Assembly: GCA_947505195.1 (NCBI GenBank)
Contig: CANNIM010000001.1
Coordinates: 1-54,854 of the forward strand
Direction of reading: 5' to 3'
DNA from: Actinomycetota bacterium
GTDB taxonomy: Bacteria > Actinomycetota > Actinomycetes > Nanopelagicales > Nanopelagicaceae
DNA length: 54,854 nt
Shown here: positions 38,830-48,823 of the stretch, piece by piece
Numbering within the stretch: the first letter of the stretch is position 1
How the letters are laid out: every line of letters begins with the position of its first letter
Notes under the pieces: model-generated
The model's input: the letters and a program-made list of their open reading frames with translations, nothing else
What the model was told of the DNA's origin: nothing
Databases searched by the model: none
Made by a program: the position numbers and the translations under genes

Positions 38830-38858
38830 AAGGTGTGTAAGTCTATCCTTTAAGCGGG

Positions 38859-39635
38859 TTAAGAATTGCGTTCATGAACTAAGCGAAGTCCAATTAAGGT
38901 CAAATCTGGCTCGTGAAAATCAATAGTTTCACTTACCCCGATTACCAACGGCGCTAAACCACCAGTTGCAATAACACTCACCTCGCCAGCATCTGGATAA
39001 AGAGATGTCAGCTCATCTGTAATTCGATTTACCAAACCATCTACCTGTCCCGCAAAGCCATAAATAGTTCCGGACTGCAGCGCTTCAACTGTGTTCTTTC
39101 CAATTACGTTTCGCGGTGCTACCAATTCAACTCGCCGCAGTTGTGCTGCCCTTGCTGCAAGTGCTTCAACTGAAATTTCAATTCCGGCGGCAAGCGCCCC
39201 ACCTAGAAATTCACCTTTTGGTGAAACCACATCAAGATTTGTTGATGTTCCAAAATCAACAACTATGCATGGCCCGTTCTCGCCATAAAGTTCGTGCGCT
39301 GCCAGAGTATTAACAATTCGATCTGAACCAATTTCTTTAGGATTATCGACTTGCAGTGGGACTCCAGTCTTTACACCGGGTTCAACAATCGTTGTCTTAA
39401 GATCTGGATAAAAATCTGCAATCATTGTTCGAAGTTCTCGAAGTGTTGAAGGCACCGTTGAACAGATTGAAAGTGCAGTTATTTCAAAGCCTTGAACCAG
39501 CGCAGAATAACGAACCCACAATTCATCAGCAGTGTCTCTGGGATCGGTCTTTACGCGCCAACTTCGGATTAGCGCTTTGCCCTCAAATACTCCAAGGACA
39601 GTATTTGTATTTCCAACATCGATTGCTAGCAACAT
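38859..39635 (-). CDS. coaX: Type III pantothenate kinase
   Basis: IDVGNTNT, GSDR, VDFGTST, ATGG. Confidence 0.95.
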   Translation of the reverse strand: MLLAIDVGNTNTVLGVFEGKALIRSWRVKTDPRDTADELWVRYSALVQGFEITALSICSTVPSTLRELRTMIADFYPDLKTTIVEPGVKTGVPLQVDNPKEIGSDRIVNTLAAHELYGENGPCIVVDFGTSTNLDVVSPKGEFLGGALAAGIEISVEALAARAAQLRRVELVAPRNVIGKNTVEALQSGTIYGFAGQVDGLVNRITDELTSLYPDAGEVSVIATGGLAPLVIGVSETIDFHEPDLTLIGLRLVHERNS

Positions 39636-39637
39636 AT

Positions 39638-40516
39638 TTACTCCATTCTCAAATCTAATCCGATATCCAAAACTGGTGCTGAATGCGTCAGTGCTCCTAT
39701 AGCCAAATAATCCACGCCAGTCATTGCATAGGCGCGCGCATTACTTAAAATTAACCCACCGGATGCTTCTAACTTTGCTCGGCCAGAAACTATTTCTACT
39801 GCGGCCCGACACTCTTCAATAGACATGTTGTCTAGTAATACAAATTCGGCTCCTGCAACTATGACTTCACGGAGTTGCTGTAATGAATCGACTTCGACTT
39901 CTAATGGTAAATCTGGGAATTTCGCCTTCACTAAGTTAAACGCTGCAACAACACCACCTGCCGCAAGTACATGGTTATCTTTTATAAGTGCGCCGTCAGA
40001 TAAAGAGAGCCGATGATTAATTCCACCGCCTGTACGTACTGCGTATTTTTCTAGTTCCCGCATTCCTGGTGTTGTCTTTCGAGTATCTCGAATTGCAACT
40101 TTAGTTTCAGCCACAGCATCCACCCAAGATTTAGTCAATGTAGCAATTCCACTTAGATGGCCCAAAAAGTTTAAGGCGCTGCGTTCTGCAAGAAGTATTG
40201 CTCGAACTTTTCCACGCGCCGAAATAATAAGCGAATTTGCCGAAACAAATTCGCCATCAGCATGTTCAATCTTGTAATCCTTAATGCCACAAATTTCGAG
40301 TAGCGCTGCGACAACTGGAACACCGGCAATTACACCTGATTTACGATTTGAAAATTGCGCAACACCCAATTGATCTTCAGGAATTGTTGCGACAGAAGTG
40401 ACATCGGTTGCGCCATTTAGATCCTCATCGATGGCGGCCTGCGCAATTCGCGCAATATTCTCTGGGTTTAAACCTGCGCTATGAATTAACTCAATAAGAC
40501 CTTTACTAAATGTCAT
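39638..40516 (-). CDS. nadC: Quinolinate phosphoribosyltransferase
   Basis: DTRKTTPG, NHRLSL, IKDNH, EVEV, LLDN, EASGG. Confidence 0.96.
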   Translation of the reverse strand: MTFSKGLIELIHSAGLNPENIARIAQAAIDEDLNGATDVTSVATIPEDQLGVAQFSNRKSGVIAGVPVVAALLEICGIKDYKIEHADGEFVSANSLIISARGKVRAILLAERSALNFLGHLSGIATLTKSWVDAVAETKVAIRDTRKTTPGMRELEKYAVRTGGGINHRLSLSDGALIKDNHVLAAGGVVAAFNLVKAKFPDLPLEVEVDSLQQLREVIVAGAEFVLLDNMSIEECRAAVEIVSGRAKLEASGGLILSNARAYAMTGVDYLAIGALTHSAPVLDIGLDLRME

Positions 40517-42123
40517 TATTTGACCTCTTCCAATTTAGTGCTCCAGGCGCCTTTGGCATCGTAGTTTTGGACTATCCGCTTAGACCAATTGGTGCTGGTC
40601 TCGGGAAAATCACTCCGCCAATGCGAGCCGCGAGTTTCCTCTCGCTCGAGCGCTGCTCGCGCAATCGCAGTTGCTAGTAAATATAAATTTGAAACTTCCC
40701 ATGCTTCGATACAAGGTGCATCACTTGTGCGAGTAGATAATTGATTCAAGGTTAGAAGTGTTTCTTTTAGTGATTGGGCGCTTCGCATAACACCAGCGCC
40801 TTGGCTCATTGCTAGTTGTAGCGTCATCTTTATTGCAGGGTTTAACAGAAATTCCTGTGATCGCTCTTCACTTGGTTTACCTTGATCTGCAATATTTTCT
40901 ACAATATCTGTAGAAATTCTTGTTCCAAATACCAAGCCTTCTAGCAACGAGTTTGATGCCAATCTATTGGCACCGTGTGCACCCGTGCAGGCCGTTTCGC
41001 CACATGCATAGAGCCCAGGAATAGATGTCCGCCCCTTTAAGTCAACCTTTACGCCACCAGATGAATAATGTGATGCAGGAGAAACTGGAATCATCTGTTT
41101 TCTTGGATCGATTCCATTCTCTAAACAAGATGCAAAAATTGTTGGAAATCTTGCCGAGAAATCTTGCACTTTAGTTGCATCTAACCAAACATGTGGTGAG
41201 TTACTTTCTTTCATCTGCTTAAAGATCTCAATTGCCACAATATCTCTAGGTGCTAAATCTCCTTGCTGGTGTTTGTCGGCCATAAAGTGAACGCCTTTAT
41301 CATTTACAAGTACTGCTCCTTCACCGCGCACCGCTTCGCTAATTAGTGGTTGTTGACCACTCAAACTATCGTCTCGCCACAAAACTGTTGGATGAAATTG
41401 AATGAATTCAACATCTGCAATTTCAGCTCCGGCACGCAGCGCAAGAGCTACACCATCTCCGGTTGATACCGATGGATTAGTAGTTTGAGCGTAAACCTGA
41501 CCTAAGCCACCAGTTGCAATTACAACTGCGCGAGCAAGGGCGCGGCCAACACCGTCTCGGCTTCCGGCGCCAATAACGTGAAGTGTTACTCCACAAACTG
41601 CACCTTGATCAGTTTTTAATACATCAATAGCAAGTGCATTTTCAATAACTTCAATTCCTTCATCGTCGTTAACGGCTGCGAGCAAAGCCCGAGAAACCTC
41701 TGCACCTGTTGCATCACCACCAGCATGCAAAATTCGATTTCTTAAATGTCCACCTTCGCGAGTAAGAGCGATTTCGCCTGATTCAGATTTATCAAAAACT
41801 GCGCCACGAGCAATTAATTTACGAACCGCTTCTGGTCCTTCAGTAACTAAGACATCGACCGCATCGGTATCGCATAATCCGGCACCTGCAATCAAAGTAT
41901 CTTTCTTATGTTGATCCGGCGTATCGCCAGGTCCGAGGGCGGCGGCAATTCCGCCCTGTGCCCATTTGGTAGAGCCTTCATCTATCTTTGCTTTGGTTAC
42001 CAATAACACAGATAAATTGCTTGATCGCAAATTTAGCGCTGTGGTTAGGCCTGCGACACCAGAGCCAATAACAATTACATCTGCACTAACAGTCCAACCC
42101 GGTTTTCCAGAAAGTAATTTCAT
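40516..42123 (-). CDS. nadB: L-aspartate oxidase
   Basis: GSGVAG, WAQGGIA, EGGH, QFHPT, SEAVRGEG, HGANRLASNSLLE. Confidence 0.95.
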   Translation of the reverse strand: MKLLSGKPGWTVSADVIVIGSGVAGLTTALNLRSSNLSVLLVTKAKIDEGSTKWAQGGIAAALGPGDTPDQHKKDTLIAGAGLCDTDAVDVLVTEGPEAVRKLIARGAVFDKSESGEIALTREGGHLRNRILHAGGDATGAEVSRALLAAVNDDEGIEVIENALAIDVLKTDQGAVCGVTLHVIGAGSRDGVGRALARAVVIATGGLGQVYAQTTNPSVSTGDGVALALRAGAEIADVEFIQFHPTVLWRDDSLSGQQPLISEAVRGEGAVLVNDKGVHFMADKHQQGDLAPRDIVAIEIFKQMKESNSPHVWLDATKVQDFSARFPTIFASCLENGIDPRKQMIPVSPASHYSSGGVKVDLKGRTSIPGLYACGETACTGAHGANRLASNSLLEGLVFGTRISTDIVENIADQGKPSEERSQEFLLNPAIKMTLQLAMSQGAGVMRSAQSLKETLLTLNQLSTRTSDAPCIEAWEVSNLYLLATAIARAALEREETRGSHWRSDFPETSTNWSKRIVQNYDAKGAWSTKLEEVK

Positions 42124-42917
42124 TTGGAAACTTCCAATTTAGACATGGCTATATTGTCTAACAATCTAACGCCATTAATCCAGCCAGCAACAATTGCACG
42201 AGGTTTCGAAGTAACTTCAGTTGCTACTTCAAAAGTGTCCTCATCAATAATCTCGGCATAATCCAGCAGGAACCCAGGGATTGAAGTCATTTCTTTAATA
42301 AGTAAGTGGCGGGCTCGTTCTAGTTCATTCGCTGTCGCTGCAACCTTGAGTGCTAGATAAATTCCTGCTGCCTGTCCCTTTTCTGAGACCGATAGCCGAG
42401 AATTTCGAGAAGACATTGCAACACCATTTGCTTCACGAATAGTTGGGGCCGCAATGATTTTAACTGGTAATTGCATCTGATTAACCATCTGTTTGATTAA
42501 GAAAAGTTGTTGGAAATCTTTCTCGCCAAATATCGCATATTTTGGTTTCACTAAATCGAAGAAGCGTTTTACAACGGTTAGAACACCGTCAAAATGGCCG
42601 AACCTGTGAACACCTTCAAATAAATTTCCGATATCTCCAGCAGAAATTAACTCTGGATCACTCGGATATATCTCCTCGAAAGTTGGCGCCCAGACAAGAG
42701 TTGCACCACTTGCTTCTGCAAGTTTGGTATCGCTCTCTAAAGTCTTTGGATAATTTGAAAAATCGCTTGGGTTCTCAAATTGAAGTGGATTAACATAAAT
42801 ACTCACAACAACTTCATTCTCTAACTCTTTGGCAATTTTAATTAGCGATTCATGCCCAGCATGAAGGGCGCCCATGGTTGGTACAAAGGCGACTGGGTGT
42901 TTCAACTTTAGATCCAT
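42120..42917 (-). CDS. panC: Pantoate-beta-alanine ligase
   Basis: VPTMGALHAGH, NPLQF, GHFDGV, FGEKDFQQ, MSSRN, RLLDN. Confidence 0.95.
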   Translation of the reverse strand: MDLKLKHPVAFVPTMGALHAGHESLIKIAKELENEVVVSIYVNPLQFENPSDFSNYPKTLESDTKLAEASGATLVWAPTFEEIYPSDPELISAGDIGNLFEGVHRFGHFDGVLTVVKRFFDLVKPKYAIFGEKDFQQLFLIKQMVNQMQLPVKIIAAPTIREANGVAMSSRNSRLSVSEKGQAAGIYLALKVAATANELERARHLLIKEMTSIPGFLLDYAEIIDEDTFEVATEVTSKPRAIVAGWINGVRLLDNIAMSKLEVSK

Positions 42918-42943
42918 GCTCCAGTCCTTTCCGGGTACCGGGC
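42918..42943 (-). ncRNA. Candidate cis-regulatory hairpin resembling the pan RNA motif
   Basis: GC-CCGGU-A-CC-cggaaa-GG-ACUGG-a-GC directly abutting the panC ATG; bulged A; contains the SD. Confidence 0.5.
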
Positions 42944-42965
42944 TCGTGGGTAAAGGTTACAGCGG

Positions 42966-43412
42966 TTACTCCAAACCTTCCAAAATATCTTGGACCGGGC
43001 CATATCCAGGTAGCGCTGCATCTGGATCTATCTCTAGCCAAGGCTTAAGAACAAATTTGCGTTCATGTGCTCTTGGATGTGGAAGTACTAAAACTTGCGA
43101 GTTAATTACTTCATTACCAGCGCTGATTAAATCAATATCGATAGTTCGGGGACCCCAATGGACTTCCCTGGTTCGCCCAAGTCGATTCTCAATCTCTAGC
43201 GCTCCTATTAACAACTCATGTGGGTCTAATTCACTTTCAGCAATTAACACGGCGTTCAAGTATTTTGGTTGCGCTGGTCCTCCGACAGGATCTGTTTCAT
43301 GATTTGCTGATAGATGAGTTATCTCAATTATCTTTGCAAGCTCCATCACTGCGCTATCAATATTTAAACTTCTATCGCCCAAGTTTGAACCTAGTGCAAT
43401 AACAACTCTCAT
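42966..43412 (-). CDS. folK: HPPK (dihydropteridine diphosphokinase)
   Basis: ALGSNLG, YLNAV, WGPRTIDIDL, LPHPR. Confidence 0.95.
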   Translation of the reverse strand: MRVVIALGSNLGDRSLNIDSAVMELAKIIEITHLSANHETDPVGGPAQPKYLNAVLIAESELDPHELLIGALEIENRLGRTREVHWGPRTIDIDLISAGNEVINSQVLVLPHPRAHERKFVLKPWLEIDPDAALPGYGPVQDILEGLE

Positions 43413-43771
43413 CTTGAACGTTCTATTGTTACTGAGATATCTTTGAAGTTTATTCCAACTGGTGCATCTGGTTTATGCACTGTTACTAATAGCGATTCAA
43501 TCTGTGGAAATTCAGAGAGAACTCTATTGCTGACACGGTGTGCCAGAGCTTCGATTAATGAGAGTGGTTCACCAGTGATTTCTTCCACAACTATTGTTGC
43601 GACACTTGCATAATTAATTGTCTTGGCTAAATCATCACTCTCACCAGCAGGCTTCAAATCCATCGAAAGCTCTAGGTCAACAATAAAGATTTGACCATCA
43701 CGACGTTCTTCAGGAAATACCCCGTGAAAGCCAGTTGCCGAAATCCCAGTTAATGAAATGCGATCACTCAT
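43409..43771 (-). CDS. folB: Dihydroneopterin aldolase
   Basis: GFHGVFPEER, TINY, LIEALA, HKPDAP. Confidence 0.95.
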   Translation of the reverse strand: MSDRISLTGISATGFHGVFPEERRDGQIFIVDLELSMDLKPAGESDDLAKTINYASVATIVVEEITGEPLSLIEALAHRVSNRVLSEFPQIESLLVTVHKPDAPVGINFKDISVTIERSR

Positions 43772-44571
43772 TTTTGCATCTCCTCAACAACTGCGATTGC
43801 ATCTCGATGCGGCTTTACTGAATGGGTTCTTACTCCCCAGACTCCAGCCTTAGCTAAATGCGTTGTAAGTGCAATGGATGCAAACTCGCGATCATCTGCG
43901 GAATTTGCGCCGAGTAAATCTCCAAGAAAGCGTTTTCTCGAGACTCCTACAAGTATTGGAAAGCCAAGTAGTTGTAATCGATCTATATTTCTGAGCAATT
44001 CCCAGTTATGTTCAGCGCTCTTTGCAAAACCAATTCCTGGATCCAAAATTATTTGTTCAGGCGCGATGCCAGATTTTGTAAGGGCGATAACTCGTTCATC
44101 CAACTCTTCTTTAACTTCACTAACTACGTTCGTATATGTTGCCGAACTCTGCATATCTTTCGAGTGGCCACGCCAATGCATAACTACATATTGAAGCGCT
44201 GGATTACTGGCAATTACTGATGCCATTTTTGCGTCAGCCAAGCCACCACTAACATCATTAACAATTGTCGCTCCGGCGCCAATTGCGGCAAGAGCAATAT
44301 TTGAACGTGTTGTATCGATACTTAAAGTTACGCCAAGTTCAGCGAGTTCGGTTATTACGGGAATAACTCGATCTCTTTCGGTCTCTTCACTTACACGATC
44401 TGCGCCAGGTCGGGTCGATTCCCCGCCAACATCAATTACATCAACGCCCTCAGCGATCATCTCTTTGGCTCTATTGATTGCAGATTCAAAATCAAAATGT
44501 CGGCCACCATCTGCGAAAGAATCTGGAGTTACATTCAAGATCCCCATTACGAGAGTTCTTTCGATACGCAT
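43768..44571 (-). CDS. folP: Dihydropteroate synthase
   Basis: MGILNVTPDSFADGG, GGESTRPG, DPGIGF, SRKRF. Confidence 0.96.
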   Translation of the reverse strand: MRIERTLVMGILNVTPDSFADGGRHFDFESAINRAKEMIAEGVDVIDVGGESTRPGADRVSEETERDRVIPVITELAELGVTLSIDTTRSNIALAAIGAGATIVNDVSGGLADAKMASVIASNPALQYVVMHWRGHSKDMQSSATYTNVVSEVKEELDERVIALTKSGIAPEQIILDPGIGFAKSAEHNWELLRNIDRLQLLGFPILVGVSRKRFLGDLLGANSADDREFASIALTTHLAKAGVWGVRTHSVKPHRDAIAVVEEMQK

Positions 44572-44572
44572 A

Positions 44573-45196
44573 TTATCGATTATTTGAAGTTATGAGACTC
44601 ATGGCCTCAGCGCGAGTAGCAGGATCACGCAATTGTCCGCGAACCGCACTTGTAATAGTTCTTGCCTCAGATTTACGAACGCCTCGCATTGACATACATA
44701 GATGCTCGCAATCGATCACAACAATAACGCCAGCAGGGTTTAATACTTCGACCATTGCATCCGCAATCTGTGATGTTAATCGTTCTTGTACTTGTGGCCT
44801 TTTTGAATACATATCTACAAGTCTTGCCAACTTTGAAAGTCCAGTGATTCGCCCATTCTCACCTGGGATATATCCGATGTGCGCAACACCATGAAATGGC
44901 GTTAGGTGGTGTTCACAATGAGAGAACACTTCAATATCTCTAACGATAACTAATTCGCTATGGCCAATATCAAATGTAGTTGATAGAACTTCTTCTGGTG
45001 ACTGCCATAACCCGGCGAAGTTCTCTTTAAGTGCTCTGGCAACTCTCGCAGGTGTATCTCTCAAACCATCTCGATTTGGATCTTCACCGATTGCAAGAAG
45101 TAATTCAGTTACTGCTTTTTCTGCACGTTTCTGATCAAACTCACCTTTGGCGCCACCATCATGTGGCCCCATCGAAACCGGAGTTATCTCATTCAC
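44573..45196 (-). CDS. folE: GTP cyclohydrolase I
   Basis: [31 protein letters not shown]. Confidence 0.96.
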   Translation of the reverse strand: MNEITPVSMGPHDGGAKGEFDQKRAEKAVTELLLAIGEDPNRDGLRDTPARVARALKENFAGLWQSPEEVLSTTFDIGHSELVIVRDIEVFSHCEHHLTPFHGVAHIGYIPGENGRITGLSKLARLVDMYSKRPQVQERLTSQIADAMVEVLNPAGVIVVIDCEHLCMSMRGVRKSEARTITSAVRGQLRDPATRAEAMSLITSNNR

Positions 45197-47240
45197 TTGG
45201 TGGAGTTACTTTCTTTCTTGGCTTGCGAATTACTTTTTCCTCTTCTTCAACAACAGGTACTTGAGGTTTTGCAGGTGAAAGCGCAACTGGTGGCAGCGTG
45301 CTTGGCTTGCGAGCTTCTGAACCTGTCCATGCTGGACGTCTTGAAACCAATCTAACCTTCTTGAATATCTTCTCAATTTCATCTTTTAATAGCGTCTCTT
45401 TCTCCAGCAAGACTTCTACTAAATCGTCGAGAATATCTCGGTTAGCAACAAGAATTTCATAGGCCTCTTGGTGTGCATTCACGATAAGAGTTCGAATCTC
45501 GTTATCAATGATTCCTGCGACCTCTTCAGAATAATCTCTCTGGTGTCCGTAAGTGCGTCCAAGGAATGGTTCGCCTTCACTTACTCCGAGTTTGATTGCA
45601 CCAATTCGCTCCGTCATTCCATATTGCGTAACCATTGCGCGAGCTAAGTTTGTGGCCTTCTCAATATCATTTGATGCACCTGTAGTTGGATCGTGGAAAA
45701 TCAACTCTTCAGCTGCCCGGCCACCCAATGAGTAAGCAAGTTGATCGAGCATTTGATTTCGGGTTGTGGCATATCGATCTTCATCCGGCAAAATCATTGT
45801 GTAACCAAGTGCGCGACCGCGTGGCATGATTGTAATTTTATGAACCGGATCTGTATGTGGAAGAGCATGCGCGACAAGTGCGTGCCCACCTTCGTGATAC
45901 GCGGTGATACGACGTTCCTCTTGCGTCATCAGCCTGGTCTTGCGTTGCGGACCAGCCATAACGCGATCAATCGCTTCATCTAGCGCAGCATTTGTAATCA
46001 CCTTTGCATTTTCGCGAGCAGTTAATAGCGCTGCTTCGTTCAATACATTCGCTAAATCGGCTCCGGTGAATCCTGGTGTGCGTTTTGCAAAATCCGCTAA
46101 TTTAACTGACTTCGCTACTGGCTTATTCTTTGCATGAACTTCGAGAATTGCAGTACGACCTTTTAAATCAGGACGATCAACTGGAATTTGGCGATCAAAT
46201 CTTCCTGGGCGCAATAACGCAGGATCTAAAACATCTGGGCGATTTGTGGCTGCAATTAAAATTACCTGACCATTTGCTTCAAATCCATCCATCTCAACAA
46301 GTAATTGATTCAGTGTTTGTTCGCGCTCATCGTGTCCGCCACCAAGCCCTGCTCCACGTTGGCGACCAACAGCATCAATCTCATCAACGAAAATGATTGC
46401 AGGTGCATTTGCTTTTGCTTGAGCAAAAAGATCACGAACTCTTGACGCACCAACACCAACAAACATTTCTACGAATTCAGAACCAGAAATTGAATAGAAC
46501 GGAACGTTTGCTTCACCAGCAACAGCGCGAGCCAGAAGTGTTTTACCTGTTCCCGGTGGGCCGTAAAGAAGTACGCCTTTAGGAATCTTTGCACCTATGT
46601 CTTGATATTTTTGGGGTGACGCTAGAAAATCCTTGATTTCCGTCAGTTCTGCAACTGCTTCATCTGCGCCTGCGACATCTTCAAAGGTGTTCTTTGGCAT
46701 CTCCTTTGTCTGCAACTTTGCTTTGGATTTTCCAAAGGAGAAGACTTTATTTCCCCCTTGAGCATTCCCCATAAAGAGAAGTAACAAGAACCCAATAAGT
46801 AAAAGTGGGAGAATGCTTAAAAGAATTGATACGAAGAGAGATTGTGCTGGAACTTTTACATCCCACTTTTTAGGAGGTGGATTACTTGTCAAAAGTTCAA
46901 TTATTTGTGGCTCTTCCCCAGTAACAAATGAGGCGTAAATCTTCTTTGAACCTTTTACATAATTTCCAGGTTTTAAAATAACTTCTATTTTCTGATCACG
47001 ATCTATAACAAGTGCAGAATCAACCTTGTTCGCAGAAATTGCAGCGAGAATCGTTGAGGTTTCAACTTTGGTAAATTTATCACCACTTGAGGAGAGCTTC
47101 CCAAAGAAACTGACCAGAACGAGAGATAGAACTATCCAGAAAAGTGGACCGCGTAAGATTTTGCGGACTCGTGCCTTCGAAAATGAAATTTTCTTTTTGG
47201 GTGTAATTGGCGGCTTTTTCTTTGAATTTTTCGCGGTCAT
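45189..47240 (-). CDS. ftsH: ATP-dependent zinc metalloprotease FtsH
   Basis: Two TM segments, [23 protein letters not shown]. Confidence 0.97.
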   Translation of the reverse strand: MTAKNSKKKPPITPKKKISFSKARVRKILRGPLFWIVLSLVLVSFFGKLSSSGDKFTKVETSTILAAISANKVDSALVIDRDQKIEVILKPGNYVKGSKKIYASFVTGEEPQIIELLTSNPPPKKWDVKVPAQSLFVSILLSILPLLLIGFLLLLFMGNAQGGNKVFSFGKSKAKLQTKEMPKNTFEDVAGADEAVAELTEIKDFLASPQKYQDIGAKIPKGVLLYGPPGTGKTLLARAVAGEANVPFYSISGSEFVEMFVGVGASRVRDLFAQAKANAPAIIFVDEIDAVGRQRGAGLGGGHDEREQTLNQLLVEMDGFEANGQVILIAATNRPDVLDPALLRPGRFDRQIPVDRPDLKGRTAILEVHAKNKPVAKSVKLADFAKRTPGFTGADLANVLNEAALLTARENAKVITNAALDEAIDRVMAGPQRKTRLMTQEERRITAYHEGGHALVAHALPHTDPVHKITIMPRGRALGYTMILPDEDRYATTRNQMLDQLAYSLGGRAAEELIFHDPTTGASNDIEKATNLARAMVTQYGMTERIGAIKLGVSEGEPFLGRTYGHQRDYSEEVAGIIDNEIRTLIVNAHQEAYEILVANRDILDDLVEVLLEKETLLKDEIEKIFKKVRLVSRRPAWTGSEARKPSTLPPVALSPAKPQVPVVEEEEKVIRKPRKKVTPPSE

Positions 47241-47788
47241 AAATACATATGTTTCGCTAGTACGCCAATGAAATCAAGATTGCGATATTTTTCATTGAAA
47301 TCAAGCCCATAACCCACGACGAATTCTGTTGGAATATCAAAGCCCACATACTTAACGTCCACTTCGACCTTTGCGGCCTCGGGTTTACGCAACATTGTTA
47401 AAATCTCGACGCTCTTAGCGCCACGTGATTCTAGATTTGCTTTTAACCAACCAAGCGTCAAACCGGTATCCACAATATCTTCAACAATTACAACTTCGCG
47501 GCCAGTAATGTCACGATCTAGATCTTTCAAAATACGAACTACGCCACTTGATTTTGTTCCGGAGCCATATGAAGAAACTGCCATCCAATCCATTTCAATA
47601 TGTCGCTGTAGCGCACGTGCAAAATCTGCCATCGTCATCACGGCACCTTTAAGAACTCCGATTAAAAGTAGGTCTCTTCCTTCATAATCTTTTTCAACTT
47701 GTATCGCCAATTCCTTAAGGCGCGCACGAATTTGTTCTTCAGTAACTATTACGCGATCAATATCGGTTCCGGTAGTTGCTAGATCCAC
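47237..47788 (-). CDS. hpt: Hypoxanthine phosphoribosyltransferase
   Basis: VLKGA, VEDIVDTGLT, FVVGYGLD. Confidence 0.96.
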   Translation of the reverse strand: MDLATTGTDIDRVIVTEEQIRARLKELAIQVEKDYEGRDLLLIGVLKGAVMTMADFARALQRHIEMDWMAVSSYGSGTKSSGVVRILKDLDRDITGREVVIVEDIVDTGLTLGWLKANLESRGAKSVEILTMLRKPEAAKVEVDVKYVGFDIPTEFVVGYGLDFNEKYRNLDFIGVLAKHMYL

Positions 47789-47809
47789 GAGGCGATTCTC
47801 TTTCTACTT

Positions 47810-48802
47810 TTATGGCTGCTTTGATTGCGAGTTCGAGAGCGAAAGTCTGCCCGAAATTCGGCCAACCTTCACACCACCAGGGAGAGATGTGTGGCCCTGA
47901 CCACGCCAATCACTCACATAAGCCTCAATTGGTTCCAAATGTGAGGCAGAAATGCTTCCGATTGGTGCGCCTGCGGCATGAATCGCCCGCCGCAACACCC
48001 TGCTCCGAACTGCGATTGGTAGATCGCTAAGGGCTGAAATTTCAATATCTGCTGGGTTTAGTTGAGAGAAAACCGCATCTGCCCACTCATCTAACGCAGT
48101 TGCATCTTCACGCAAAATTTTTGCAGATCTTGAGAGGGCATCAATGATTCCTGGACCGATTTCTCTCTCAATTAATGGCAAAATATTTTCACGAACGCGC
48201 ACTCTAGAAAATTCACTTTTAATATTATGTGGATCGCTCCAAAATTCAATTCCAGCTTCTCTGCAAGCCTCTTCGGTTGTGCTTCTGCCAATAGTTAGAA
48301 ATGGTCTGATGTAAGGCCCACTAATTTCTTGCATTCCAGAGAGTGATTTCGTTCCAGATCCTCGAGCAAGGCCAAGTAAGACTCCTTCAGCTTGATCATT
48401 CTTTGTGTGTCCCAAGAAAAATGTTTTTGCGCCATAAGTTTCCATCGATTGTTCAAAAACTTTATACCGAGCTCGACGTGCAGATGCTTCCAGACCATCG
48501 GTAAGGATTACATTCGCTTTACCTAGAAAGATATCGGTGTATCCAATTTTTTCTAATTTCTTACGTGTTGTCGCAGCAGTCTCTGCAGATTCTACTTGCA
48601 GTCCATGGTCAACAATTACACCAATCAAATTGATATTAAAATTATCACTCTCAAGCTTTGCAGCAATTGCTAGTGCTAAGGAATCAGCACCACCTGATAC
48701 ACCAACACAAACTTTCGAATATGGTTCTAACTTTTCTAATTTTTGAAAGCGAATACGAACCGCCTGTCGCAGTTCAAGTAGTGCTGGGTTCTTAACGCTC
48801 AC
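47810..48802 (-). CDS. tilS: tRNA(Ile)-lysidine synthase
   Basis: SGGADS, VDHGL, EASARRARY, GHTKNDQAE. Start GTG 48802 preferred (7 nt after TAGAGT); 48811 is the alternative. Confidence 0.94.
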   Translation of the reverse strand: MSVKNPALLELRQAVRIRFQKLEKLEPYSKVCVGVSGGADSLALAIAAKLESDNFNINLIGVIVDHGLQVESAETAATTRKKLEKIGYTDIFLGKANVILTDGLEASARRARYKVFEQSMETYGAKTFFLGHTKNDQAEGVLLGLARGSGTKSLSGMQEISGPYIRPFLTIGRSTTEEACREAGIEFWSDPHNIKSEFSRVRVRENILPLIEREIGPGIIDALSRSAKILREDATALDEWADAVFSQLNPADIEISALSDLPIAVRSRVLRRAIHAAGAPIGSISASHLEPIEAYVSDWRGQGHTSLPGGVKVGRISGRLSLSNSQSKQP

Positions 48803-48823
48803 ATGGAGCACTCTATAAAACTA

